DNA of 64,000 nucleotides from a virus (taxonomy: Duplodnaviria; Caudoviricetes): positions 96,001-160,000 of the IMG/VR virus record IMGVR_UViG_3300036966_000119, one strand, 5' to 3'. The notes under the pieces were generated by a model, which was given only the letters and a program-made list of their open reading frames with translations, did no database searches and was not told the DNA's origin. Shown here piece after piece: positions 38,624-49,345 of the stretch; position 1 is the first letter of the stretch; each line of letters starts with the position of its first letter. The position numbers were made by a program, and so were the translations under genes.

Positions 38624-40132
38624 ATGAAAATCCAAGAATTATTTGACATTGATAGATACATCAAGGTCAACCAACTTAAGGAAGTTACATCTCAACATAT
38701 ATACAGAACACAAAACATGTTTAACCCAGAAGGTTTGTTCTCAGAAGATATCTTTGGTCAGACTGCTGAAGAACAAAAATACACATGTGGTTACATAAAG
38801 CTTCCTGTTCATGTATTCAATCCATCGGTTGCAAAAACAATCATTGCTCGTTCTGGTGGTATCATTCGTAAGATGGCATATGGTGAAACGAAGTGTAATC
38901 TGAAGAATGGTGTTCTTGTTGCAGACAAAGAAGGACAATACTGTGGTCTCAAAGATCTGTATAATATATGGGAGCAAATTGATATAAGAAAAACCCTCAA
39001 TACCAGATCAGATGAAAACATCGATATTCTTACGAAGTCTCCAAAGAGATTATTATTCAATGATAAAGTATTGGTGTTACCTCCTGCCTTTAGACCAATC
39101 GGTATGCGTAATGGTCGTAGAACCAAGAATGAGTTGAATTCCCTTTATACTCATATCATAGGTCTCAAAAGTGTTACTGCTCATACTACATCAAACGTTT
39201 ATCAGATATATGCAAAGTTCCAAGATGCTGTAATGAATATCTATACTTACATACATGACTATGTTGGTTCAAAGAACGGCTTCTTCCAGAAACAGTTACT
39301 TGCAAAGACAACAACGTTTACTGCAAGAAACGTTATATCCGCTCCTCGTTATAACAACGATCATCCTGCTGTAGGTATATTCAAGACAGGTTATCCATTG
39401 CATACATGTGCAACATTATTCCGTCCTCTTGTAATATTCCAAATGAAACAGTTCTTCACATATTCAAACGTCCAGGATATTCATCCAAACAAGGAGGAAG
39501 TAAAACCTGGTGTTCTGAATAATATCTACGATAACAAGATGATCGAAGATCTGTGTAATATTTATATGGAGAATCCAGGATCACGTTTCCGTATCATGTA
39601 TCTTGATGCTGAAAATCAGGTACCTATGCAGATGGAGTATCTTGATATCAAAAAGAATCAAACAGTGACAAGACCTGTTACATTAACCGACGTAATTTAT
39701 CTATGCTGCAAGGTAGCTATTGAGGATGCTGGTAGAATGGTATACACTGTTCGATATCCTATAGGCGACTACCTTGGAAACTTCTTTACCAAAGTACACA
39801 TTCTTTCAACATTGGAAACAATGCAGATTCAATTCCGTGGGGAAACAATGAACTATTATCCCGTTATAGATATTAATAGACCACATAACAGAGTTGCTAC
39901 ATCATTTATTGAAACTATAAACATGAGTAACTCTCGTCTTAAAGCACTTGGTGCAGACTATGATGGAGATACAGTTAAGAGCATTGGTTTATGGAGTGAT
40001 GAAGCAAACCAAAGAGCAGAAGAATTAATGTTCTCCAAAATATACAATATTAAAGCAGAATGTGACTCAGTTTATACCATTGAAATCGAGTGCTTGAATG
40101 GATTATACGCATTAACAAAGAGAAATGAGTAA
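38624..40132 (+). CDS. multisubunit RNA polymerase beta' N-terminal/catalytic subunit (probably virion RNAP)
   Basis: GLFSEDIFG, GYIKLP, VLPPAFRP, ARNVIS, RYP and catalytic LGADYDGD; RBS favours MKIQEL start. Confidence 0.9.
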   Translation: MKIQELFDIDRYIKVNQLKEVTSQHIYRTQNMFNPEGLFSEDIFGQTAEEQKYTCGYIKLPVHVFNPSVAKTIIARSGGIIRKMAYGETKCNLKNGVLVADKEGQYCGLKDLYNIWEQIDIRKTLNTRSDENIDILTKSPKRLLFNDKVLVLPPAFRPIGMRNGRRTKNELNSLYTHIIGLKSVTAHTTSNVYQIYAKFQDAVMNIYTYIHDYVGSKNGFFQKQLLAKTTTFTARNVISAPRYNNDHPAVGIFKTGYPLHTCATLFRPLVIFQMKQFFTYSNVQDIHPNKEEVKPGVLNNIYDNKMIEDLCNIYMENPGSRFRIMYLDAENQVPMQMEYLDIKKNQTVTRPVTLTDVIYLCCKVAIEDAGRMVYTVRYPIGDYLGNFFTKVHILSTLETMQIQFRGETMNYYPVIDINRPHNRVATSFIETINMSNSRLKALGADYDGDTVKSIGLWSDEANQRAEELMFSKIYNIKAECDSVYTIEIECLNGLYALTKRNE

Positions 40133-40148
40133 AAGGGAGTGATTCTCA

Positions 40149-40688
40149 ATGGCTAAGTTTGTTACCGATGACGGTAAAGGTGGTATTTCTGGAGATCGAT
40201 TACTGGATCAACTACGAGGAAAAACACCATCATATTCATATGATTATTTTCCACATGCGAAAAAGAAACATACTGATGTTGATAAACTCAAGGTTCCCTC
40301 TGGTAGACTCAACAGTCATCGTTTAAACAACATCAATATGTATGAATTACTGACACACATTCAACAAACGTTATCATTGAATAACAGATGTATTATCGAG
40401 ATGATAACAAACGAAGATCATCGTTGTATCAATACAAATGAAACGATTCAACGCAGAATTCATTTATTTGCAGAAAAGTTTATCAATGATGATTTCAAAC
40501 AAGCAAATCCAAAACAAAAAGTACGATTCAAAGTAAATGAAGACAACTTTGATTACCGAGATGAAACAGATGAAGAATGGCTTGATAGATTATGTCATAT
40601 CTATATGCATCGATATCATCCATCTAAACTTCAAATGATTAAATGTGAAGAATGTTTACAATGTTGGATGAATTCAGATAAATGGTAA
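40149..40688 (+). CDS. hypothetical protein (CEECLQCW motif)
   Basis: 179-aa ORF with GGGAG RBS. Confidence 0.65.
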   Translation: MAKFVTDDGKGGISGDRLLDQLRGKTPSYSYDYFPHAKKKHTDVDKLKVPSGRLNSHRLNNINMYELLTHIQQTLSLNNRCIIEMITNEDHRCINTNETIQRRIHLFAEKFINDDFKQANPKQKVRFKVNEDNFDYRDETDEEWLDRLCHIYMHRYHPSKLQMIKCEECLQCWMNSDKW

Positions 40689-40824
40689 TTTTTTTATTCT
40701 ACAAATAAATGTCTTTAGATAGACGGAGTCTATCTTATATTAGTATATATTAAGATATTGATGATAATAAGCAAAATCAATAACCGAATTGTACTATTAT
40801 AATTAGAAAGGAGGATTATGTAGT

Positions 40825-41835
40825 ATGAATTATAGCGACATGTTTGCTATGCTGGGTTCTTCAAATGATCCATATGATGGTCAGTTTGATAATCCACATT
40901 CAGAATTCCCTACATTTCCGACAGCACCTTCCGGTTTTGATACGTCATATCAACCAGCCCCAGCACCAATGAGTTGGGAAGAAGCTTTCAATGGTTTTAA
41001 GACAAGACCGGTGTTGTATAATATGGATGGATGGATTTCACCTTATGCTTCAAATAACTGGGGTGGTACTTCAAATATCCTTGCGTACATTGATGAACAG
41101 TATAAACTTCCTATGGGTGAATCTAAGATTGATCCTAATAGAATCTTTACTGCTGAAGTCAATGGTTTGAGAGCTTTGTCTGCTGACCAGGCTAAGATAC
41201 TTAAGATGTTTGAAAAGAAGTTTGCTGAGTCAATTACTGAGAAAGATAAGGTTGGTCTCACAGAAGAAGACATTGAAGCTATGGCTGCAATAACTTCTGC
41301 TCGTGTTGCTTTAACAAACATTGAAAAGGAGAAGGTTGCTATCAAGAAGAATATTGCTGACATCAAGATCAAACAGGCACAGAATACAAATGCTCCTGCT
41401 GCAACAGGTGTGGGACCAAGAAGCATGACTTCTTCATCAGATATCGGTAGAAATATTCTTGATAATATTTTCGCCGCACCTGGTATGTCCGCTGCAACAA
41501 CTCCTATTGTATCCGAGGTTGATTATTCGACTTCTGGTGTTTCAGCAGGTCAAGAGATTCTCGACAATCTTCTCGGTACTGGACCTACCGGAGCAATACT
41601 TGCTGAAAAACAGGGTATGAGACCTCTTGTTGTTCTTGGTGAAGACGGTCATGCTGAGGATGTTATCGTAGTAGATAAAGATAATGTCCGGGTTAAAGAT
41701 GTTCCCGATGGTTTTGAAGTTCCCACATTGGAATCTCTTGGTGATGTTCACCCAGAAACAAATACTATTGACTGGGAAGGTGCACGTCAAGTCGAAACCA
41801 TCAGCAAAGCTGCTGTCGAAGCATCGGAGGAATAA
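40825..41835 (+). CDS. hypothetical protein with central coiled coil
   Basis: 336 aa with GGAGG RBS. Confidence 0.7.
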   Translation: MNYSDMFAMLGSSNDPYDGQFDNPHSEFPTFPTAPSGFDTSYQPAPAPMSWEEAFNGFKTRPVLYNMDGWISPYASNNWGGTSNILAYIDEQYKLPMGESKIDPNRIFTAEVNGLRALSADQAKILKMFEKKFAESITEKDKVGLTEEDIEAMAAITSARVALTNIEKEKVAIKKNIADIKIKQAQNTNAPAATGVGPRSMTSSSDIGRNILDNIFAAPGMSAATTPIVSEVDYSTSGVSAGQEILDNLLGTGPTGAILAEKQGMRPLVVLGEDGHAEDVIVVDKDNVRVKDVPDGFEVPTLESLGDVHPETNTIDWEGARQVETISKAAVEASEE

Positions 41836-41841
41836 TGTCTT

Positions 41842-42426
41842 ATGGAGAATGAGAATTATATCAAGATGGATGGTGAAAAGGCTTCATTTGATGGTGGAGC
41901 CATAAGATACACTAAGACAGGAAAAGGACGTTATGATCTGATACCTGGTGAAGTTGTTATTTCCATCCTTAATGATGCATGGGAATATTTCTATAATGAA
42001 GGATCAATGACTACTTCTAAAATGGATATAATCCAGATGGCATATCAAAATCCTAATGTAGGTAGAGTTAAGTATTCTGAGACAATAATTAATCTTGTCA
42101 ATTATATTTATGCATATGGAAAATGGACATATGATGAAACACACAATGATTCTGTTGAAACAGACTTTGGTGATTTCTTAACCGGTTTCTGTAGAATGCT
42201 TCATGATCTCGCAATACATTATGAGAATGGAGCAGAGAAGTATGGTCCTGACAATTGGAAAAAAGGCATTCCATCGACTGGTGGTGAACGTGGCGGTTCA
42301 TTCACTGATTCAGGATTAAGACACCTCAATCAATGGTGTCAAGGATTGAATGATGAACCACATCATATTTCATGCATATGGAACTTTTTTGGTGCCATAT
42401 GGACGATTCTTAATAAAGATAAATGA
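41842..42426 (+). CDS. dATP/dGTP diphosphohydrolase-like protein (DUF5664 family)
   Basis: F..GAIR...GKGRYDLIP, GAEKYGPDNWKKGIP, DSGLRHL..W..G..DEPH...IWN. Confidence 0.8.
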   Translation: MENENYIKMDGEKASFDGGAIRYTKTGKGRYDLIPGEVVISILNDAWEYFYNEGSMTTSKMDIIQMAYQNPNVGRVKYSETIINLVNYIYAYGKWTYDETHNDSVETDFGDFLTGFCRMLHDLAIHYENGAEKYGPDNWKKGIPSTGGERGGSFTDSGLRHLNQWCQGLNDEPHHISCIWNFFGAIWTILNKDK

Positions 42427-42432
42427 TTATTT

Positions 42433-42465
42433 ATACGGGGCTTCGGCCCCGTATTCATTTATTTT
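42433..42465 (+). terminator. intrinsic terminator
   Basis: ATACGGGGC-TTCG-GCCCCGTAT plus T-rich tail. Confidence 0.85.
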
Positions 42466-42569
42466 CAACACAACAATAATTGCGGGATTCAGCTATTGGA
42501 TCGCGATTCTCCATAGTGTTAGATTCCCCTCAATTGCAATTAAATTCTACAGAAAAGGAGAAGACTAAT

Positions 42570-45500
42570 ATGCTTGAAACAAAATATGGTTTAAAATATT
42601 CAATGCCTCACAGCATTGTCCATATTGTTGATAATTCAATGTATCAGGGTGAACTCCCAAAAATCGTCGCTGACGATCCTTCATTGTATTCAACAATCGT
42701 TGTTTCTGGTGCTCCGATGGGTGCTGATAATGAGATCATACCAATCAACAGAAGTGATGTGTTAAACATTTCTTATGGTATGGCCAATCTCTCATCGGGT
42801 GATATCAAGAAATTTGGTCAGACCATAACATATCCGTCTGCAATTCTTGCACAGGATGCTCCTATAAAGTTCATGCGTGTAACACCTGATGAAGCAACTT
42901 ATGCTTTCTCTTGCCTCCTCATCCAATGGAGATGGGATGGTGCTACAATGCACGTTCGTTTCAAGACAACTTCTGGAAACGGTAACAATGGACTTCCTCC
43001 TGGAATAGTTCATTCAAGCTTCAAGAATCCCGCTCGTCTCAACTCAACACTCGTAAGAATGTTTGCTGAGGACTTTGTTCCTGATGAAACTGGCGGTACA
43101 TGGAAGCAGCGTGTATTCATGACATCTATAGCTGCAGGCCGTGGTAAGGTGTATGATTTCTATAATTATGCTATCAACCAGACTCAGCAGTCAAAGCGTC
43201 CTGCAAACATAAGATATCTGTTTGCAACAATCGACACACGTACAGATCAGATCGTTGAGCGTTTCTATGCTTCACTCGTAAACCAGAATAATGGTGGTCG
43301 TGCTGATGCTATCGAAACAGTAAACGTTCAGGTTGGTCAGCGTGTTAAGGGTTCTTCAATCATCATTCCTACAGTTAACGAATTAGCTGTAACCGAACTC
43401 TACAAAGAGTACATGGCTAAGGTTAAGGAAATGATCGATGCTGATATCCTTCCTGCTGAATCCGATGAGATGAAGTGGGTTACAGATGTCTATAAGACAA
43501 TGACAGTTAACATATTCGATCCTATCTATGGTAGATATATTTACAACGGTGATACCGATGTTAAACTGCCATACTTCCAGGTTGATATGTTTGACCTCGA
43601 TATTCCTCAGCTTGAGACAGCTAACAAGCTCAACATAGCTCTCGGTCAAGGAGAAGTAATATCTGAGTATCTTGCTGATCCTATTGATCTTGATGCTGTT
43701 CTCGATTCAAAGACATACGGTGTAACAAATCCAGATGATGCATATCACGTAGGTGATTTGTTTATCACCAATACAGCAACACGTGCACTTACATTGATCA
43801 CATCAATCAATCAGTACACAGGTGCTATCACATCAATACCGATCTCTCAGGTATGTGAAGATAAGACAGCAACACCTCAGAAGAAGTACATGTTCTCTGC
43901 ATTTACATCTGTTGATTCAACACCAACACTTGACAATGTATTTGAGGCTGTTAATGACCTGATCAGACGTAGAAAGCTCGTTCCAACAATCGAGTCAACC
44001 GAAACTGATCAGCAGGGTAAATCTTATTATAAGTACAGCCCTGACTTTGTACTTGTTGAGAATAAGGGTTCAATCAATCCTAACAACAAGCTGACAAACT
44101 TCATCATTGCTAAGATCGGTTATGCTGATAAGGAAACCACATCTACAACAGATCCTGTACCAAATCAGGAGAAGTCTTATTTGTATAACACAAAGGCTCG
44201 TGTATACAGTCTGCTTGTATATCCTTCAACAAAGATTACATCTTTCGCAACAGAAACAACAGATGAATTCTATAATTCACCTGGTGCAACATATATCGAT
44301 ACCACAAATGGTGAAGTATATGTCAATGGTTATACCTCAGATAGTGCTTCAACAGGTCATCGTTACCCAGTTGCTGATTCAGAAACACCATTCTTCGTTG
44401 GTAACTGTCCTACATCATTTGCTATCACAAATGATCTTATGAATGCTTCATATGATCTTCTTATATACAAGGATTCAAATGAAGCTGGTGGTACTAATGT
44501 CGACGTAACTTGGTCTGTTATCGGCGGTTCTGGTGTTCCAAATACCGGCAGAGGATATAAGACTGGTGACGTAGTTACACTCAAGGACACAGTAATAGAT
44601 GAGGAAACAAGAGATATACCTGATAATACAAAATTCACTGTATCAAGTGTTATTTCTGGTACAGACGATCAGACAATAACTGTTCGTTTCGTTTCTGGTC
44701 CTGCACAAACAGGAAAAATAGTTGAAGGTGTTTATGACACTGAAAATCTTACAGCATATGATCCTGTCGGTGCGTCAGATGAATATGTTGCAGGTAGATT
44801 CTATGAGAAGTCTACTGACGGCGAAGGTCATGCAACTTATACAAGACTTGATAGCGATACAGCTCCTGCAGATTGGGGTGTTGCTGAAGACAAGTACTTC
44901 ACAGAGAGACTTGCTCAGGGTCTTAAGATCAAGATTACTGCTGCAGACATAAAGACAATTATTGCTCCTCCATCTGCTAATCCAACAGTAATCAAGCGTT
45001 TCATGATCACTGGTACTCAGGGTTCACTCTATCGTTACCAGATGGATCCTACTGACATTCCTTCAGACTACTATTCACCATCATACGGTATCAACCCGAA
45101 CTCAGAGCTCGGTGGTATCCCGATCGAAAACGGTTATGCTGGCTTCTTCGATGATGATATTTCTGAAATCGAATTCAAGTGGCGTTACTCAGCTCTGCTT
45201 GTTAAGGCATACAAGGGTGAGATAGATCCTCGTATCAAGTCACCTGTAAGATGTCCTGCCAAGTATCTCTTCGACGGCGGCACAAATACTATCGTTGGAC
45301 AGACAATTCTTCCATACATGGTATACAAGCCGGTTGATATAATCAACGCTTCAACAATCTACAATGACGACGAGAAGGAAGCTATACTTCTTAACTCAGA
45401 TCTCATCGCCAACATAAAGGAGTTTGAGGATATCGACGTTAAGCAGGCAATGTATGACCTCGCGGTATATCGTTGCTACCAGGGTATTCCTGAGGACAAG

Positions 45501-46226
45501 CGTCCGATAGGTCCTGGTTCAGGCTTATCTCTCCATCTCGACTCAGGTGTTACAGATGCTAACACAGCAATGCTTGTCAACCAGTCATTTACCAAGAGAT
45601 TCAACAACCCGAATGTTTCTTGGGATATTGGTGGATATGTATCTTCTGCTGATGGCATCTCATACACTTTCACAAAGGCTCTTGCAGACAGCATGTTTGC
45701 ACATCTGAAGCGTTTCTCTGTTAATAAGCCATTCACAGGCAAGTACACCAACATTTCTCCTGAGAGCTATATCTCATTCTTCCCGGATATAGATATACGT
45801 GACTGGGAGGAAAGAGAACTCCTCTACAAGTCTGGTGGTAACGCTTGGATCATGGATGTTAACGGTAACCTCCAGAGAAAGTCACAGCGTACTCTCTACA
45901 GAGAAGGCGATACTTCAGATCTGATCCAGGAGAACAACATGAGAACACTTTCTCAGTTAACATATCTCCTCCAGAACAAGATCGATTCTTATCTGCTTGA
46001 GTACAACGATGATGGCGTTCTTAAGACACTTAAGGATGACGTTGATTCAATGTTCTCCAACTGGGTTGGAAACCTTGTACAGAAGCTTGATATCACTTTC
46101 GAGAGAGACATCAATCCTCTTGACGGCGGTGAGATCGTAGTATGCTACTGCAACGTTACATTCAGAGGTCTCATCCTCAGAGTACCGATCATCGTAAACG
46201 TTCAGAGACGTACTGATTCTGAATAA
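42570..46226 (+). CDS. contractile tail sheath protein
   Basis: ~1218 aa; FGQ.I.Y...L.......MRV..DEAT.A N-terminus, GRGYKTGD.V, C-terminal ENNMRTL...V.C.V.FRG; precedes the tube gene. Confidence 0.8.
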   Translation: MLETKYGLKYSMPHSIVHIVDNSMYQGELPKIVADDPSLYSTIVVSGAPMGADNEIIPINRSDVLNISYGMANLSSGDIKKFGQTITYPSAILAQDAPIKFMRVTPDEATYAFSCLLIQWRWDGATMHVRFKTTSGNGNNGLPPGIVHSSFKNPARLNSTLVRMFAEDFVPDETGGTWKQRVFMTSIAAGRGKVYDFYNYAINQTQQSKRPANIRYLFATIDTRTDQIVERFYASLVNQNNGGRADAIETVNVQVGQRVKGSSIIIPTVNELAVTELYKEYMAKVKEMIDADILPAESDEMKWVTDVYKTMTVNIFDPIYGRYIYNGDTDVKLPYFQVDMFDLDIPQLETANKLNIALGQGEVISEYLADPIDLDAVLDSKTYGVTNPDDAYHVGDLFITNTATRALTLITSINQYTGAITSIPISQVCEDKTATPQKKYMFSAFTSVDSTPTLDNVFEAVNDLIRRRKLVPTIESTETDQQGKSYYKYSPDFVLVENKGSINPNNKLTNFIIAKIGYADKETTSTTDPVPNQEKSYLYNTKARVYSLLVYPSTKITSFATETTDEFYNSPGATYIDTTNGEVYVNGYTSDSASTGHRYPVADSETPFFVGNCPTSFAITNDLMNASYDLLIYKDSNEAGGTNVDVTWSVIGGSGVPNTGRGYKTGDVVTLKDTVIDEETRDIPDNTKFTVSSVISGTDDQTITVRFVSGPAQTGKIVEGVYDTENLTAYDPVGASDEYVAGRFYEKSTDGEGHATYTRLDSDTAPADWGVAEDKYFTERLAQGLKIKITAADIKTIIAPPSANPTVIKRFMITGTQGSLYRYQMDPTDIPSDYYSPSYGINPNSELGGIPIENGYAGFFDDDISEIEFKWRYSALLVKAYKGEIDPRIKSPVRCPAKYLFDGGTNTIVGQTILPYMVYKPVDIINASTIYNDDEKEAILLNSDLIANIKEFEDIDVKQAMYDLAVYRCYQGIPEDKRPIGPGSGLSLHLDSGVTDANTAMLVNQSFTKRFNNPNVSWDIGGYVSSADGISYTFTKALADSMFAHLKRFSVNKPFTGKYTNISPESYISFFPDIDIRDWEERELLYKSGGNAWIMDVNGNLQRKSQRTLYREGDTSDLIQENNMRTLSQLTYLLQNKIDSYLLEYNDDGVLKTLKDDVDSMFSNWVGNLVQKLDITFERDINPLDGGEIVVCYCNVTFRGLILRVPIIVNVQRRTDSE

Positions 46227-46249
46227 TGGTAGGAAAGGAGAGATAATCT

Positions 46250-47371
46250 ATGGCTACAAGTTTACAGACAGGCATCCGTGAGTACAAGGGTGACCTTTCT
46301 CAGTACACAGGTATGTACGGTGGTCTCACACCAGATGTGCATACTCTTAGAAGTCTTAATCCGCTCACTACCAACCGTGTTCTCTGCGTAATGTACCGTG
46401 GTCCTTACTTCCTCATGCACTACTTCGGCGGTGATGAGAACAATGCATACAACCCAAGGAACGAATTCGGTACATACAAGAAGATTGTCGAGTACTACAA
46501 TACCGGCATCACTTGTAATATAGGAGATGCTTCTCTCGCTCCAGCTACTCTTCAGGGTGGCTTTGCGGGTAGAAGCATTTCTATCCCTACAACTCAGAAC
46601 GCACAGTCAGGTCAGACTCTCACCATTCAGGTTCCTGAAATGGTAGGTCGTCCTGTTGCTAACTTCCACAATATGTGGATCGATGGTATTGCAGATCCTA
46701 TCACAGGACTTACAACATATCACGGTCTCGTAGCAGGTTCTATAGGTGAAGATAATACTCCTCAGAGAATATTCGCACCTGTAACCGGTGGTAATGCTCT
46801 CGCATCATCATCTGGTGTTGCACTCGATCCTTCACCTGCTTGGGAAGTTGCTGAGTTCCTCATAATCGCACTTGACAGAAGTGGTGCACGTGTTGAAGCT
46901 GCTACAATGGCTCTCGGCTGTGTTCCTTCTGCAAAGGTTGGTAATGACATATTCAACTCAAACAACACTGGTCAATCACAGATCCAGAATCTCCAGCTGA
47001 CATACAACTGTCAGTATGTACAGTCTGCTTATGTAAATGACCTTGCAACAAGATATGTTAAGCAGTTCGCTGTATTCGGCAACTCACTTAACTTCAATCC
47101 TGGTGCTGGTGATGCATTCTTCGACACAGCTAATGAGGCACCTTATGGTGACATCAATACAGCTATATTCAACGGTGGTAAGAGACCTAACCTCGACTCT
47201 GTTCAGTCTGGTCTTGGTAATGCTCCTGTTATGTATGCTAACAACAAGGCTGTTGTACGTAATTCACCTGCTCCGAAGGCTGTTGAAGTTGGCGATCACT
47301 CAGTGATCTACAATGATGCAGACTTCAACTCTACAGATATATCCAATCCTTATGAGGGTGCAGGAATCTGA
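46250..47371 (+). CDS. tail tube protein
   Basis: Directly after the sheath gene; E..G.P...FH.MWIDGI.DP.TG...YHG motif of AR9-like tube proteins. Confidence 0.7.
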   Translation: MATSLQTGIREYKGDLSQYTGMYGGLTPDVHTLRSLNPLTTNRVLCVMYRGPYFLMHYFGGDENNAYNPRNEFGTYKKIVEYYNTGITCNIGDASLAPATLQGGFAGRSISIPTTQNAQSGQTLTIQVPEMVGRPVANFHNMWIDGIADPITGLTTYHGLVAGSIGEDNTPQRIFAPVTGGNALASSSGVALDPSPAWEVAEFLIIALDRSGARVEAATMALGCVPSAKVGNDIFNSNNTGQSQIQNLQLTYNCQYVQSAYVNDLATRYVKQFAVFGNSLNFNPGAGDAFFDTANEAPYGDINTAIFNGGKRPNLDSVQSGLGNAPVMYANNKAVVRNSPAPKAVEVGDHSVIYNDADFNSTDISNPYEGAGI

Positions 47372-47390
47372 CAAAAAAAATACAATATAG

Positions 47391-47414
47391 TGCGGGGGCC
47401 ACAAGGCCCCTGCA
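47391..47414. terminator. bidirectional terminator
   Basis: TGCGGGGGCC-acaa-GGCCCCTGCA between convergent genes. Confidence 0.7.
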
Positions 47415-47424
47415 TTAATTGTAT

Positions 47425-47826
47425 TTATATTAAATTAAATATTTCGATTATATCAAATCTCTCATAATGGAATTTTATACACACATGTCTTGATCGACAT
47501 TCAAAGAATCCGATGTATACACCTAATAATTTCTTATCGGCTTTTGTAATCATCTTCTTTGATATAATTATTCCATCATCCATGATTGTTGGACATTTTG
47601 CTTTACCAACAATCTCTCTTTCATACATTGTAAACTCTGTTCCCAAAGCTGCTTCAACTAATTCATCATCGTTGATTGTATCCAGAGATGATATATCAAA
47701 CTCTGGATCATCCATTAATTCTTTTAATAATGATTCATCATTGAAGATGTATTTGAATTTGAAGTTCTTGGGTTTGTGTGTTTCAACCAACTCAACCGGA
47801 GTCAGTTCTTTTTTACTTGATGCCAT
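47425..47826 (-). CDS. hypothetical protein
   Basis: GAGGAGG RBS before MASSKK. Confidence 0.6.
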   Translation of the reverse strand: MASSKKELTPVELVETHKPKNFKFKYIFNDESLLKELMDDPEFDISSLDTINDDELVEAALGTEFTMYEREIVGKAKCPTIMDDGIIISKKMITKADKKLLGVYIGFFECRSRHVCIKFHYERFDIIEIFNLI

Positions 47827-47839
47827 TATATTTTCCTCC

Positions 47840-48505
47840 TCATGTGAAAGCATCCATCATCTTCTCTGTGAAGTTACTAATGTAGCATTCTATTGTTATA
47901 GGTAGTACTCCTTTATTGGGATCATCATCGTCTTCTACAATTGCATCGCATAATCCTTCATACGTTAAACAAATATTACCGTCATCTGTTGGTCTACCCA
48001 CATGTTTCTTGTAATCTTTTTGTAATTGATACAATACACAATTAGCTTTCATTATATCATCAGCATATTCATCATCTGGACAATAATCACATAGTAAGAA
48101 ATCAACTACCATACCATGATCCAATCCATTGATAATATCACCGATAACTCTAAAGATTTCAACATCTCTACGAACTATCGCTTCTCCAAATAACATATAC
48201 TGATTCAACTCAGCTGACAAGTTTGATATCGCTTCTTCTACAAAGTCCCAACATGTCATCACAGTGAACAATTCATCCGATGAATTTGATTTAAACTTAT
48301 ATGGTTCCAATACATGGTTTCCATCATATTTACCATTGGAACCTTTCTTGACAAGTGTTATTGATTCCGGTGGAACATTAGTGAACCCATGTTGTGATGT
48401 GAACAATTTTAAATCATCCATCGTTTCTGCGTATACATAATAATTCATATTCTTAGAAGTATTATGTACTGAGGAGAATTCGAATTTGAGATAATAATCC
48501 TCCAT
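47840..48505 (-). CDS. hypothetical protein
   Basis: 221-aa acidic ORF coupled to its neighbours. Confidence 0.65.
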   Translation of the reverse strand: MEDYYLKFEFSSVHNTSKNMNYYVYAETMDDLKLFTSQHGFTNVPPESITLVKKGSNGKYDGNHVLEPYKFKSNSSDELFTVMTCWDFVEEAISNLSAELNQYMLFGEAIVRRDVEIFRVIGDIINGLDHGMVVDFLLCDYCPDDEYADDIMKANCVLYQLQKDYKKHVGRPTDDGNICLTYEGLCDAIVEDDDDPNKGVLPITIECYISNFTEKMMDAFT

Positions 48506-48506
48506 G

Positions 48507-49202
48507 TTACCATCCCTTCATTTCTGCTAAAACAACTTTGGCTACAAATGACAGTAGTCCTATGTTGCCCATCTTGTATTCACCCGTTCTTCCAAATGGT
48601 ACATAATAAAATTCGGGTAATTTGTCCTGTAGATAATTCTTTTGGAACTTCGATAAGAATGGAAGTATGTCTGTATCGTAGTTATCCACTTTATTGAATA
48701 CATTACAAAGAAACTTATGAATACCAAGGGTATGCTGATTTAACATTTCCTTTGGTATACCCTTATATGTGACCACTCCATCGGAGTAGAACATTTCTAT
48801 TCCTTTATAATACATATAAGCAGACCAAGTATTCTCGTGTTTGAATTCTATACCATCGATATTATTTATTATTTTATTTTTCGAATTGAAAATACATGCA
48901 TCCGAATGTAATGATATTACATTTGTTTCGTCTAAATTGTTAGCTTCCAAGAATTTTCTTCTGGTATCAAGCTCACATTCTATTAGACGCTGCGAGTATT
49001 CCTTGTTATCGCGTTGCATTAAACCAACTCTTTTTGTTCGTTGATCCTTTGGTAATAACCGTAATATCCGTATCGTTTCTTCATCAAGTAACCCATACTT
49101 TTCTGATACTGATACAGACATTGCTCTCATATCATATTCAACGATATTAGAATGAAACATAAATTGGATATTTGGATTAAACCATAAAAGTTTTTCATTC
49201 AT
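48507..49202 (-). CDS. small DNA polymerase B palm-like protein
   Basis: IVEYDMRAMSVS (motif A-like) and ISLHSDACIF (motif C-like) in only 231 aa. Confidence 0.45.
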   Translation of the reverse strand: MNEKLLWFNPNIQFMFHSNIVEYDMRAMSVSVSEKYGLLDEETIRILRLLPKDQRTKRVGLMQRDNKEYSQRLIECELDTRRKFLEANNLDETNVISLHSDACIFNSKNKIINNIDGIEFKHENTWSAYMYYKGIEMFYSDGVVTYKGIPKEMLNQHTLGIHKFLCNVFNKVDNYDTDILPFLSKFQKNYLQDKLPEFYYVPFGRTGEYKMGNIGLLSFVAKVVLAEMKGW

Positions 49203-49247
49203 TATACCACCAACCTTTTCTTTAAATTAGTACATATTTGTCATGTA

Positions 49248-49265
49248 CATATAAATGATATATGT
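49248..49265 (-). promoter_or_regulatory. putative early promoter
   Basis: Minus strand ACATATATCATTTATATG. Confidence 0.45.
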
Positions 49266-49345
49266 ATTATTTAAAAATTTTACATGTATGATTTATTTGT
49301 ATATGAAAATACAAATATAAAATTCTTATGCAAAGGAGAAAGAAT

